Source: a virus. Taken from it: a DNA stretch of 64,000 nucleotides. Position 1 is the first letter of the stretch. Every line of letters starts with the position of its first letter. Position numbers and translations under genes: made by a program. Below, piece by piece: positions 29,656 through 39,763 of this stretch. The DNA is taken from the IMG/VR virus record IMGVR_UViG_3300032240_001151, positions 26,113 to 90,112 of that record. One strand, 5' to 3'. The notes under the pieces were generated by a model. That model saw nothing but the letters and a program-made list of their open reading frames with translations, did not search any database and was not told where the DNA came from.

Positions 29656-29918
29656 TAAAGATAGTAGATTTACTAAAAGAAGAGTATGGGGGCGGTGAGT
29701 ATGTACTACCGAACAACCATAAAGCTGGCATGAAAGTTCCTAAGGGAGGGGCTTGCTGTGCTAATTGTCTATATTGGCATGAGGGTACAGAAAAAGAACC
29801 TGGTCACTGCGGTAACGAACTTTATGAAAAATGGAGTGGTAAAAAAACAATACCACAAGATCCTTTAGAATATTGTACTGATTGGTGGGAACCAAAGAAA
29901 GCACAAAAGGCCAAGTAG
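29652..29918 (+). CDS. Small Cys-rich protein
   Basis: CCANCLYW...HCGN...YCTDWW; MIKIVDLLKE leader. Confidence 0.55.
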   Translation: MIKIVDLLKEEYGGGEYVLPNNHKAGMKVPKGGACCANCLYWHEGTEKEPGHCGNELYEKWSGKKTIPQDPLEYCTDWWEPKKAQKAK

Positions 29919-29923
29919 GTAGA

Positions 29924-29931
29924 TATTTATA
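29924..29931 (+). promoter_or_regulatory. Putative late promoter TATTTATA
   Basis: Intergenic, just before ATG 29935. Confidence 0.5.
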
Positions 29932-29934
29932 TAC

Positions 29935-30501
29935 ATGAAACTCAATTATTATCAAATATTTAGGGATAGATTAGTTGAAGAAGCTGAGATTACTCCTGTA
30001 AAAACAGAGTCAAATCTAGAAAAGATACTATCTAAGTCCCCTAAAGTGACATCTGTATTGTTAAAACTTTTGACAACTCAAAAAAGTAAGAACGATACAT
30101 CCCTAGATCAAATAAGGGATACAGTATCGGATATAAGATGTATAGCATATAAACCTACTACTTTTAGAGTCGTAATACCTAATGGCAATTATTTTGATAT
30201 AAAATATGATCCAACACCAGTAGAATTAAACTACGCAGAGGATTTTAATCCAGCAGACTCTTTTCAAGTGTTGGTAAGCGGTAAAAAATACAGCATAGCC
30301 AATAAGTCAGAATATGAACAAGCTTTAGATTACATTAACATTCTTTTAAAGACTAAGCCAATAGCCAAGGAACCAGAACCAGGAGAAACACCAGCCCCAG
30401 CTGGAGAAACACCTCCTGAAGGCGAAACTCCCCCAGAAGGAGAAGCCCCAGCCGGTGAAACCCCTCCTGAAGAAGAAACCCCAAAAGAACCCGAAGCATA
30501 A
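29935..30501 (+). CDS. Hypothetical protein with acidic GETPP repeat tail
   Basis: KPTTFRVV motif; C-terminal PAGETPPEGETPPEGEAPAGETPPEEETP. Confidence 0.6.
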   Translation: MKLNYYQIFRDRLVEEAEITPVKTESNLEKILSKSPKVTSVLLKLLTTQKSKNDTSLDQIRDTVSDIRCIAYKPTTFRVVIPNGNYFDIKYDPTPVELNYAEDFNPADSFQVLVSGKKYSIANKSEYEQALDYINILLKTKPIAKEPEPGETPAPAGETPPEGETPPEGEAPAGETPPEEETPKEPEA

Positions 30502-30932
30502 TGGACTTAAAATATCAAAATATTAATCAAGACGTACAAGTATCTGGACAAAACATTGTTCCCTATTTACTTAATTTAGCCGAGTATATTCAGAATTCTG
30601 GTATTAAAATAATGCCGTATCCTAAAGTTATAGTATCTTCAAATACAGAATATGCCACTGATCCTTTTGGTAAAACAGCTTACTACGACCCATCTCAAAA
30701 ATCAGTAACCCTATTTGTAGCTGGTAGACATATAAAAGATGTACTAAGAAGCTATGCACACGAGTTGATACACCACAATCAGAATCTTTCTGGTATGTTT
30801 GATCAAAGCCATATGAGTGCATTATCAGATCCTAGATACGCAGAAAAAGATAAACATCTTTTAAATATGGAAAAAGATGCTTACCTTAGAGGTAACATAG
30901 TATTTAGATTTTGGGAAGATTCAATAAAATAA
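30501..30932 (+). CDS. Zincin-like metallopeptidase (HEXXH)
   Basis: TAYYDP...LRSYAHELIHHNQ...MEKDAY. Confidence 0.65.
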   Translation: MDLKYQNINQDVQVSGQNIVPYLLNLAEYIQNSGIKIMPYPKVIVSSNTEYATDPFGKTAYYDPSQKSVTLFVAGRHIKDVLRSYAHELIHHNQNLSGMFDQSHMSALSDPRYAEKDKHLLNMEKDAYLRGNIVFRFWEDSIK

Positions 30933-30933
30933 T

Positions 30934-31272
30934 ATGAAAAAAATTATTATAGCAGCGCTAATAGTATTAGGAGCCTTTTTAGTATTTCATGAGTATAAAG
31001 GTCATAATATTGAAGGATCTCAAAAAATAATAGATAGTTTAAATGCAAAAATAAAAATAAAAGAAGATTCTATTGTTGTATTTCAAAATCAAATTAGTAT
31101 ATTTGCATCTAAGGTAGCTGTAGCTGAAGAGAAAATAAAAGATAATCAGAGTAAAGTAAAAAAAATATATCAAACTTATGAAGTACAAATTCAGACTATT
31201 GATAGCTATGATGTTTCTGAGCTTGAGCAGTTTTTCTCAGACAGATATAAAGATACAGAAAGTATTAAATAG
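30934..31272 (+). CDS. Membrane-anchored coiled-coil protein (i-spanin-like)
   Basis: MKKIIIAALIVLGAFLVF anchor followed by coiled coil. Confidence 0.55.
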   Translation: MKKIIIAALIVLGAFLVFHEYKGHNIEGSQKIIDSLNAKIKIKEDSIVVFQNQISIFASKVAVAEEKIKDNQSKVKKIYQTYEVQIQTIDSYDVSELEQFFSDRYKDTESIK

Positions 31273-31597
31273 TGATAGCATAAAGCTACATAAAGATATA
31301 GCTAAGAAAATAGTAAAAGATCTTATGTACTTAGACGTTCTTAAACAAGAACGTATTTTTCTTTTAGAGAATATAGATACTTTAAATAAAGAGAAGGATT
31401 ATAAAGACTCTATAATAAAGTATAAAGACTATCAAATAAAAGAATATAAGTATATTATAGACATAGATGCATTAAAAGAAGCAAGATACAGATCAACTGT
31501 GACTGTTCTTAATAACAAATTAAAAAAAGAAAAACTTGCCAGTAAAATATCTTTTGGGTTAATCGCAATAGCGGTAGGTTTTATACTCATAAAATGA
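31178..31597 (+). CDS. Secreted coiled-coil protein with C-terminal TM (spanin-like partner), overlapping upstream gene
   Basis: Signal peptide MKYKFRLLIAMMFLSLSSFS|Q; C-terminal ISFGLIAIAVGFILIK; 95-nt overlap with 30934 ORF. Confidence 0.5.
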   Translation: MKYKFRLLIAMMFLSLSSFSQTDIKIQKVLNSDSIKLHKDIAKKIVKDLMYLDVLKQERIFLLENIDTLNKEKDYKDSIIKYKDYQIKEYKYIIDIDALKEARYRSTVTVLNNKLKKEKLASKISFGLIAIAVGFILIK

Positions 31598-31598
31598 T

Positions 31599-33179
31599 AT
31601 GTCTGAAGAAAAATCTATAAAAGAGATAATTCGAGAAGAGTATCTCAAGTGTGCTAATGATCCAATATACTTCCTAAAAAAGTTTGTTTACATACAGACT
31701 AGTGAAGGTAGAATGTTATTCAATCCTTATGTATTCCAAGAAAAGTTATTATTTCTTCTTAATAAACACGATAGGACACTTATCCTCAAGTCAAGACAGC
31801 TTGGTATCACTACTCTTACTGCTGCATACGCTTTATGGTTAATGATCTTCAAAAAAGATCAATCTATATTAGCATTAGCCCCTACACAAGAAAAAGCTCG
31901 TAACATTGTAGATAAAGTAAGATTTGCTTACGCAAACTTACCTAGCTGGATTAAAGTGCAGTCTGTAGAGGATAATAAGCTAAGTCTTATACTTGCTAAC
32001 GGGTCTAAGATAAAAGCAGCTTCTGGAGCTTCGGAAAGTGCTAGGGGATACACTGCAAACGTATTAGTATTAGACGAAGCTGCCTTTATAGAAAATGCAG
32101 AAGATTTATGGGGATCTGCACAACAAACTCTTGCGACTGGAGGTAGAGCTATAGTATTATCTACTCCTAATGGAGTTGGTCAATGGTTTCATCAACAATG
32201 GGTAGGCGCTGAATCTGAAGATAATAATTTTGTACCAGTAAGACTTCCTTGGAATGTCCACCCCGACAGAAATCAAAAATGGAGAGAAGATCAAGATAAA
32301 GAACTTGGTAAGAGGATGGCATCACAGGAGTGTGATTGTAACTTTATTTCCTCTGGAGATACGTATTTTGAGCCGGAAGACTTGGAATACTATACCGAAA
32401 GGACTAGAGATGCTATAGAACAAAGAGGTCCCCATAAAGATTATTGGATATGGGAATACCCAGACCCAAACAGGAATTACATGGTAATAGTGGACACAGC
32501 TAAAGGAGACGGTTCCGATTCATCTGTAATACAAGTAATAGATGTATTCACTGGATCACAAGTAGCTGAGTATAGAGGGGACATGGATACAAAAAGCCTA
32601 TCTAAATTTGCTGTGGCTATAGCTACGGAGTATAACAGTGCTTTGTTGATTGTAGAGAATACAGGACTAGGTCATGCAACCACTTCTGATATACTAGAAT
32701 TGAATTATAGTAATATATACTATTCCCCCAAAGGAGATACTTTAAACGTATCACAGTACATTACTCAGATGTATGACTATGATACTAGTAGAATGACTCC
32801 AGGATTCACCACGTCTACTAAAACTAGACCAGAAGTATTACTGGCATTTAAGCAGTATGTGAGAGATCATAGCATATCCATAAATTCTAGGAGGCTACTA
32901 TCAGAAATGTCTACATTTATATGGAAGAATAGTAAACCACAAGCCCAATCAGGGTATCATGATGACTGTGTAATGGCATACGCTATAGGAATGTTTCTAA
33001 GAGACAGTGCAATCCACTATAAAAATAGAGGTATAGACATGCAAAGGGCGTTATTAAATAACATAACTAAGAGGTCTGGAATAGGACAAAATAATGCACC
33101 AAACCAAAGTCAATTTGACAATCCTTATAATATGAATGTAAATGGCCAGCAAGAAGATATAACCTGGTTAATACGTTAA
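31599..33179 (+). CDS. Terminase large subunit (T4 gp17-like)
   Basis: LILKSRQLGITT Walker A, VLVLDEAAF Walker B, LSTPNG, IVDTAKGDGSDSS and HDDCVMA nuclease motifs. Confidence 0.95.
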   Translation: MSEEKSIKEIIREEYLKCANDPIYFLKKFVYIQTSEGRMLFNPYVFQEKLLFLLNKHDRTLILKSRQLGITTLTAAYALWLMIFKKDQSILALAPTQEKARNIVDKVRFAYANLPSWIKVQSVEDNKLSLILANGSKIKAASGASESARGYTANVLVLDEAAFIENAEDLWGSAQQTLATGGRAIVLSTPNGVGQWFHQQWVGAESEDNNFVPVRLPWNVHPDRNQKWREDQDKELGKRMASQECDCNFISSGDTYFEPEDLEYYTERTRDAIEQRGPHKDYWIWEYPDPNRNYMVIVDTAKGDGSDSSVIQVIDVFTGSQVAEYRGDMDTKSLSKFAVAIATEYNSALLIVENTGLGHATTSDILELNYSNIYYSPKGDTLNVSQYITQMYDYDTSRMTPGFTTSTKTRPEVLLAFKQYVRDHSISINSRRLLSEMSTFIWKNSKPQAQSGYHDDCVMAYAIGMFLRDSAIHYKNRGIDMQRALLNNITKRSGIGQNNAPNQSQFDNPYNMNVNGQQEDITWLIR

Positions 33180-33186
33180 TATTTGA

Positions 33187-33194
33187 TATTTATA
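33187..33194 (+). promoter_or_regulatory. Putative late promoter TATTTATA
   Basis: Intergenic, before portal. Confidence 0.55.
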
Positions 33195-33223
33195 TATAAT
33201 AAAATCATAAATTTTTAATAATT

Positions 33224-35080
33224 ATGCCGGTAGATAAGTCACTTTTTCCTCGTTTAAAACGTTTATTCTCCACTGACGTTGTTGTAAGGAATGTTGGAGG
33301 TAAGCAACTGCGTGTAATGGACGTGGAGAGGATTCAATCTTTTGGCCAATTACAGACCAATTCTTTAGTAGACAGGTTCACAAGGCTACATAAAGCCGGG
33401 CAAAGAATGCAGTTTAACCCAACGTTAAACTACCAGACTTTAAGGTTACAATTATATGCTGATTACGAGGCAATGGATACAGATGGTCTAGTAGCTTCAG
33501 TTTTGGATATACTTTGCGAGGAGGCTACACTGAAAGGAGATACAAACGAAGTATTAAAAATAAGGAGTTCAAACGAAAATATTCAAAAAATTCTATATAA
33601 TCTATTTTATCAGGTATTAAACATAGAGTTTAATTTACCTATGTGGATTAGGTCTATGTGTAAATACGGAGATTTCTTTTTGAAATTAGACATTGCTGAA
33701 AAGTTTGGAGTATACAGTGTAAGACCGCTATCTGTATACGATATGATCCGTGAAGAAGGGCAGGATCCAAATAATCCTTCCTATATTAAGTTTGTTTATG
33801 ATCCTGTAGCTGTAGCTGGTGGAACTACTGCTACTAAAAATAAAGAATCTTTTGAGAATTTTGAAATAGCCCACTTTAGACTGTTAACTGACACTAACTA
33901 TCTCCCCTTTGGTAGATCATATATAGAACCAGCTAGGAAATACTTTAAACAGTATATTCTTATGATGGATGCAATGTTATTGCATAGGATTATGAGGGCT
34001 CCTGAAAAGAGGGTATTCTATATAAATGTGGGTAACATTCCTCCTAATGAAGTAAACGCTTTTGTACAACAGACTATAAACGGTATGAAAAAAACTCCGT
34101 TTGTAGATCAACAAACAGGTGATTATAACTTGAAGTTCAATGTACAAAACATGTTGGAGGACTTCTATATTCCTGTTAGACCTGGAGACAATACCACTAA
34201 GATAGACACTACAAAAGGTCTAGAATATGCAGGTATAGAAGACGTTGAGTTTTTAAGAGATCTTATGTTAGGTTCTATGAAAGTACCTAAATCTTTCTTG
34301 AACTATTCAGATGAACTTAACGGCAAATCAACCATCAGTGCTCTAGACGTAAGGTTTAGCCGTACAGTAGAAAGAATACAAAGAATTATTATTAGCGAGT
34401 TAGAAAAGATAGCAATTATACATTTGTATGTTCAGGGCTTTGAAGACGCGGATCTTCTTAATTTTAGTCTTGAATTAAACAACCCTTCTATAATCTATGA
34501 ACAAGAAAAGATAGCCCTCCTTAAAGAGAAGGTAGATCTTGCTGGAAATATTATGGATAAGAAGTTGTTTTCTTCTGATTGGATTGGAGATAAGATATTC
34601 CAAATGTCTGAAGATCAAATTAATGAACAAAGAGATCTTATTGCTGAAGATGTTAAGAGAACATTTAGATACAATCAGATTGAGAATGAAGGAAATGATC
34701 CTTCTATATCTGGAGAATCTTACGGTACTCCTCATGATCTTGCCTCTGTGTATTCAGATGGGGGAAAGGAAAACCCTAACTTAGACGTACCAGATGAGTA
34801 CGATGAATTTGAAAAAAATCCAGTAGGAAGACCAAAAGAGAAAGCCTCTATATTTAAAACTGATAAGTCGGCTTTTGGAAGGGATCCACTAGGTTCTAAA
34901 GGTATGAAACCAAGCACTCCTTTGGACAAAACTAGGACAGATAAGGTCAAACCATTTGCAATGGAATCGGCTCTAAAAGGACTAGAAGGTAAAAGAAAAA
35001 AGAAAATTGTTCTGTACGAACAAAAAGATCAAGAATCTGGTCTTTTAGATGAAAGTAACCTTATTAATCACGACATTTAG
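33224..35080 (+). CDS. Portal protein (T4 gp20-like)
   Basis: LMMDAMLLHRIMRAPEKRVFYINVGNIP, MLEDFYIPVR, IEDVEFL, KVPKSFL, DVRFSRTVERIQ. Confidence 0.95.
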   Translation: MPVDKSLFPRLKRLFSTDVVVRNVGGKQLRVMDVERIQSFGQLQTNSLVDRFTRLHKAGQRMQFNPTLNYQTLRLQLYADYEAMDTDGLVASVLDILCEEATLKGDTNEVLKIRSSNENIQKILYNLFYQVLNIEFNLPMWIRSMCKYGDFFLKLDIAEKFGVYSVRPLSVYDMIREEGQDPNNPSYIKFVYDPVAVAGGTTATKNKESFENFEIAHFRLLTDTNYLPFGRSYIEPARKYFKQYILMMDAMLLHRIMRAPEKRVFYINVGNIPPNEVNAFVQQTINGMKKTPFVDQQTGDYNLKFNVQNMLEDFYIPVRPGDNTTKIDTTKGLEYAGIEDVEFLRDLMLGSMKVPKSFLNYSDELNGKSTISALDVRFSRTVERIQRIIISELEKIAIIHLYVQGFEDADLLNFSLELNNPSIIYEQEKIALLKEKVDLAGNIMDKKLFSSDWIGDKIFQMSEDQINEQRDLIAEDVKRTFRYNQIENEGNDPSISGESYGTPHDLASVYSDGGKENPNLDVPDEYDEFEKNPVGRPKEKASIFKTDKSAFGRDPLGSKGMKPSTPLDKTRTDKVKPFAMESALKGLEGKRKKKIVLYEQKDQESGLLDESNLINHDI

Positions 35081-35083
35081 TAA

Positions 35084-35091
35084 TATTTATA
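35084..35091 (+). promoter_or_regulatory. Putative late promoter TATTTATA
   Basis: Intergenic, before 35107. Confidence 0.55.
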
Positions 35092-35106
35092 GAAGATCAA
35101 TTTACA

Positions 35107-35949
35107 ATGAAGCTTAAACATAATAAACTTCGGAATACCGGCCTTTTGTTTGAATTGCTTGTTAGGCAAATCACTAGTGATACGCTTAATAATAAAGAAT
35201 CAAAAGCCGTTGATATTTTGAAAAACAACTTTAACAATAACGCTATTGCTAAGGAGTATAAGATATACAAGGCTCTTTTGAACAACAAAAACCTATCCGA
35301 AGCAAAAGCCAATATTGTTATTGAATCCTCTATAGAGGCACATAAAAAGTTGAATAAGAGCTTGTTAAATAGCCAAAAGTACAAGTTAATATCTCAAATT
35401 AAGGAGAACTATGACATTGAAGAGTTCTTTAAATCTAAGATAGAGAACTATAAAACCTTGGCTTCTGTGTACATGTTGTTTGAAATGTACCAGTCTGATA
35501 GCATAGATCCTCAAAATGAAGTAAAATATAAGTTTTCCATAATGGAAGACATATGTGCAGGTACTAAAGAGACTAAAAAAGACCCTGTATTAGAGGAGTA
35601 TGAGACTTTTGATAAAGGTACCAAAGCTTTAGTTTACAAATTAATGGTACAAAAATTCAATGAAAAGTACAGTGAGTTTAATAAAAATCAAAAAAAGCTA
35701 TTAAAAGAGTATATAAACAGCATAACAACTCCGGAAACTTTTAAGGAGTATGTAAACGAAGAATTTGACAGGCTTAAAAACAAACTAAGCACTTTGTCTA
35801 AAAAAGTAAATGACGAAGTAAGAAAAATAAAAATTCAAGAGGTTATAAATATAATAAAGCCGGTGTCCCAGCATAAACAAGTTTGTGATTTGGACTTAGA
35901 AAATCTATTACATTATTACGAATTGGAAAAAGAATTAGAAAATGTCTAA
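35107..35949 (+). CDS. Conserved head-module protein (possible prohead core protein)
   Basis: MKLKHNKLRNTGLLFELLVRQ; helical; directly after portal. Confidence 0.55.
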   Translation: MKLKHNKLRNTGLLFELLVRQITSDTLNNKESKAVDILKNNFNNNAIAKEYKIYKALLNNKNLSEAKANIVIESSIEAHKKLNKSLLNSQKYKLISQIKENYDIEEFFKSKIENYKTLASVYMLFEMYQSDSIDPQNEVKYKFSIMEDICAGTKETKKDPVLEEYETFDKGTKALVYKLMVQKFNEKYSEFNKNQKKLLKEYINSITTPETFKEYVNEEFDRLKNKLSTLSKKVNDEVRKIKIQEVINIIKPVSQHKQVCDLDLENLLHYYELEKELENV

Positions 35950-36175
35950 AAAAAATGTAAAAGAAATGTCTTCCACAGGTGGAGGAGCTCCGGCAGCAGA
36001 TCAAGGGCATGCAAATCCTGGAGATGGTGAAGGTATGGCAACTAAATATGGATTTGGAGGTGCTGGGGGAACAAAGGCTAAAAGAAAAAAAGGATTGATA
36101 AAGAAAAAATTTGCTGAGTCTAAAGATATTGACTTGGCTTTGGAGTATAAAAGATTATTTAAAAAGGAACTATAA
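35942..36175 (+). CDS. Small basic hypothetical protein
   Basis: 77 aa, overlapping neighbours; VKEMSSTGG. Confidence 0.5.
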   Translation: MSKKNVKEMSSTGGGAPAADQGHANPGDGEGMATKYGFGGAGGTKAKRKKGLIKKKFAESKDIDLALEYKRLFKKEL

Positions 36176-36729
36176 TGACAACACAGCAATTATACCAGAA
36201 GGTATTGAACGAGCAATTAACTGAATCAGAATTTTTATGGCACGTTCGTAGGAATCCTATGTACAGTGATATGTTGACAAATACGATGTCATATAAAGAT
36301 ACCGTATCAAAGCTTAAAGGCAAAGGACATATCTTTGACCCAAAAGCTAATTCAGAAATAAAGCAAGGTTTTAACTTTTTTAGCGCATTTAAATCATTGC
36401 AAGAGTCTCTTACTGAAGGTAAGAAGAATCAGCTAAAAGGTGGTAAAGGTGATAAACTTACAGCCGATGATGTAAACTACTATGAGTTTACTAAAGGTTG
36501 GAAGCATGAGCTAGAGCATACTGATGACATTGACAAAGCTAAAGAAATTGCTATAGATCACCTTGCTGAAGATCCAAACTATTATACTCGTCTTGAAATG
36601 ATTGAGTTTAAAGCTAAGAAAAAAAATCGTACCGATCTTCCTATTGAAATTAAAAAGAGTAATTTCAAAGATAAGGACAATCAGATGAAGAATGCTCCAA
36701 AGAAAAAGGCTCCTAAAAAAGCTAAATAA
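36175..36729 (+). CDS. Hypothetical head-region protein
   Basis: GWKHELEHTDD...AKEIAIDHLAEDPNYYTRL conserved phage motif. Confidence 0.6.
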   Translation: MTTQQLYQKVLNEQLTESEFLWHVRRNPMYSDMLTNTMSYKDTVSKLKGKGHIFDPKANSEIKQGFNFFSAFKSLQESLTEGKKNQLKGGKGDKLTADDVNYYEFTKGWKHELEHTDDIDKAKEIAIDHLAEDPNYYTRLEMIEFKAKKKNRTDLPIEIKKSNFKDKDNQMKNAPKKKAPKKAK

Positions 36730-36731
36730 GA

Positions 36732-39700
36732 ATGAATCTTTACGAAGACATATATAATTTTTTTAACGAAGCTCGTCCTAGAACTGTAAATAAGGATGTA
36801 GAAGATATTAGAAAAGGTCAAGCTATTTACAAAGGAGAAACTCCTAAAGATTTTGAAAAAACTTTTTTAAGAAGGGAAGAACCTAGTCAAAAAAGTTTTT
36901 TAAAGCCACCCTCAGATATAAATCAAAAGTCTTCCTTTAAAAATGGAGCAGTACATAGAATTGTTTTTAGAACTGCATTTAAAGATCAAAAAAAAGCTTA
37001 TTTTAGTATATACAGAAAAATATCTGAAAAAGAATATAAGGATCTAAAAAGTAATATTGAAATAAGTGCTACTGTATACCCTTCTGATAAAAAAGAGCAT
37101 TTTGAAGACGTATATTATTTAAATCCAGGAGAAGGAATTAGAAACGAAAAAGATGGGTTTGTACATCTAAACGATGCCCAGATAAAAGAAATAAAAGAAA
37201 AGTATTCTAAATACATGACCGAGTTTAATCCCGTATCTATAGAAGAGATAGCAAAGGGTTTAAAAATTAGGTATTATGAGTTTGATAAATTAAAAGCTTT
37301 CTGGGATAATAGAATGATAGCTTTTAAAGGTAGTAAAGATAAAGGATCTGCAAAAGCGGCTAGAGATGCAGAAAAGATTGAAGCTTTAAAAACAGAGATA
37401 GAAGATTTTATAGAGTATAATAAAGAAAATGTTATAAAAATTACTGGATTACATGATAAATCTGTAAAACCAGGTATAAGTCCAGAAGACAAAAAAGATT
37501 ATGAAGATCTTAGAAATTCTTTTATTAAATCATATGTAAGCAATCTTAGAAAAATAAGCAAATTAGCAGCTGTTCAAGTATTGACTTCTTTAGAAGAAAA
37601 GTTAAAAGATAGAAGAGATTTATTTGATTTAATAAAGTCTTCTTACGAAGGAAAATCAAAACCTTCTACATCTACTAGCACTGCAAAACAAAAAAGCAAG
37701 TTAGAAAAACCAGCAAAACCTTCTACAGACAAAGCTAGTTCTATTGAGTCTAAGGGAGGAGAGTTCATGTCTAATCAAAAACACATAGTAACTCTTAATA
37801 GGCTTATAAACGCTTTTTCTGAATCAGAAGATAAAGAAAAAAATGATAGAAAGGAAAGAGAGTATCAGAGAGATCAAATATTTGTATACCTCCCAGAACT
37901 TCTAAAACAAGTAAATAGCTTTAGCAAAAGCACTGAAGTAAAAGATTATGTGGTACAAGAAATGATAAGAAACAGAATAGCTGCTTTGACTGGAGACGAT
38001 AACACAGAATTATATAATATGATTAGCAAAACATATGATAATATGAAAGAGAAAGAATCTAAAAAGACATCTACAGGATCTATTACAGAAGCTGCAAAAA
38101 AGTATCTGATAAAAACAAAACCGGGCAGTGATGTAGATAATATATATAAAAAAAATCAAAAAGATCTTAATATAGGTGATGATGGAAAACCTATTCCTGG
38201 AGAGTATATAGTCGATTTAGATGTAGAACAACTGCCAAAGTTGAATGCTCCAAGCATGAAAGATAAAGGAATAATATCAATAGATCCATATTCTCCTAAA
38301 GATGAACCTTCTAAACAGGAAGCGTCTCCAGAAGATAAAACATATAAAGTATCAGCTAAAATAGGAGGCGGAAGTGAACAAGATGGTAGAATGGTAGGTA
38401 CCAAGATTCTTAACATGTTAAAAGCAGATCCTCAATATAAAAATATAACTTTTGCTGATTTAAAAGAAAAAGTTCCATATAAATTAAAAGGAAAAGAAGG
38501 TCAAGATATTGTTCTTACTATAAAAAGTTTAACTCCTTTTGGACAATCTGGAAAAAAAACTGTTTTTGGTACAAAAGATAAAAAAGAAGACGAACCAGAA
38601 ACTAGAAAAATAAGCGTTAGGATTCCATACCAAACTCCACAAACAATATCATATGCTGTAAATAAAGGAGTTAAAATGGCTAAACAAAATACTTCTGGAC
38701 TTTCCTTAAAGTTTTATGTAGTAGATACTGAAAAGAAAGAAATAGTAAAAGGGTTTAATAACTGGGGCGAGGCTAAAAAAGCAGCCCAGGATATGGGACC
38801 TAAGTTTAAAGCTATGCAAAGAGCTGAAATCACTTCAGCAGGTATAAACGAAGCTCTTTCTAAACAAGACATAGCTAAATTAAAAAGTACTAGAGTGTCT
38901 TTCACTATACAAAGTGACCTAGACCCAGATAAACAGTATAACATTTCAGATAATGTAAGAGAGGTAAAAGAAGAAAAAGGAAAGATAGTATTAGTTCTTT
39001 CTGAAGCTGGAGTAGTAACCTTTGATAAAGAAGGAACTGGTGTATTCAAATATAGTAAAGATAACAAAGAGTATCAAGCACTTAATGTACCATCTGATTT
39101 AAATTCTATGGTTAAAAAAGCATTAGCACCTGCTAAAGATACTAAAGAGCCTGAGTCTCAACTAGAAGCTTACATTCGTAAACGTATTCGTCAAGCTATA
39201 AAAGAAGCAGAAGTAAGCCAATATTGGGGATATCAAGGAGCTGATGTAAAAAAAAAGCGTCTTGAGGAGTATTTAAAGAGGTATGATTGGGGTTTTCAAA
39301 ACAGTGACAACCCTTATACTCATGCTGAAGGAAGTGCTAAACATGCTATAGTATCTAAATTAGTTCACGAATTACAAGCGATGGGAGTAGATGCAATAGC
39401 AATATTCAACTCGTATGCTCCTGACGAGTACCAAGTAACAGATTTAGATCAATTAGATTATGCATCTGATTCTCCTTTGGGATCTCAACTCACACAGCCA
39501 TATAATCCAGATTCATTAACTGCTAGAGGCGGTAGAGTAGCTGAAATGAACGGACCTGTGCCTACTAAAGGACAAGGGGCTGACCAATTAGATAGATTGG
39601 TTGCTAATATAACACCTAAGCTTAAAGCTGATATAATAGCAAAAGGAAATGCAAAAAATGCAAAAGAGTTAATATCTGTATTTAGACAAGCTAAAGGTAT

Positions 39701-39752
39701 AGCTGATGATGTTACAGATGACATGATCTATAATAAAATAAAAAGCGTATAA
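36732..39752 (+). CDS. Large Lys/Glu-rich putative internal head protein
   Basis: 1006 aa between portal and protease; FFNEA, SITEA, GINEA, IRQAIKEA sites. Confidence 0.55.
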   Translation: MNLYEDIYNFFNEARPRTVNKDVEDIRKGQAIYKGETPKDFEKTFLRREEPSQKSFLKPPSDINQKSSFKNGAVHRIVFRTAFKDQKKAYFSIYRKISEKEYKDLKSNIEISATVYPSDKKEHFEDVYYLNPGEGIRNEKDGFVHLNDAQIKEIKEKYSKYMTEFNPVSIEEIAKGLKIRYYEFDKLKAFWDNRMIAFKGSKDKGSAKAARDAEKIEALKTEIEDFIEYNKENVIKITGLHDKSVKPGISPEDKKDYEDLRNSFIKSYVSNLRKISKLAAVQVLTSLEEKLKDRRDLFDLIKSSYEGKSKPSTSTSTAKQKSKLEKPAKPSTDKASSIESKGGEFMSNQKHIVTLNRLINAFSESEDKEKNDRKEREYQRDQIFVYLPELLKQVNSFSKSTEVKDYVVQEMIRNRIAALTGDDNTELYNMISKTYDNMKEKESKKTSTGSITEAAKKYLIKTKPGSDVDNIYKKNQKDLNIGDDGKPIPGEYIVDLDVEQLPKLNAPSMKDKGIISIDPYSPKDEPSKQEASPEDKTYKVSAKIGGGSEQDGRMVGTKILNMLKADPQYKNITFADLKEKVPYKLKGKEGQDIVLTIKSLTPFGQSGKKTVFGTKDKKEDEPETRKISVRIPYQTPQTISYAVNKGVKMAKQNTSGLSLKFYVVDTEKKEIVKGFNNWGEAKKAAQDMGPKFKAMQRAEITSAGINEALSKQDIAKLKSTRVSFTIQSDLDPDKQYNISDNVREVKEEKGKIVLVLSEAGVVTFDKEGTGVFKYSKDNKEYQALNVPSDLNSMVKKALAPAKDTKEPESQLEAYIRKRIRQAIKEAEVSQYWGYQGADVKKKRLEEYLKRYDWGFQNSDNPYTHAEGSAKHAIVSKLVHELQAMGVDAIAIFNSYAPDEYQVTDLDQLDYASDSPLGSQLTQPYNPDSLTARGGRVAEMNGPVPTKGQGADQLDRLVANITPKLKADIIAKGNAKNAKELISVFRQAKGIADDVTDDMIYNKIKSV

Positions 39753-39763
39753 TTATATATAAC

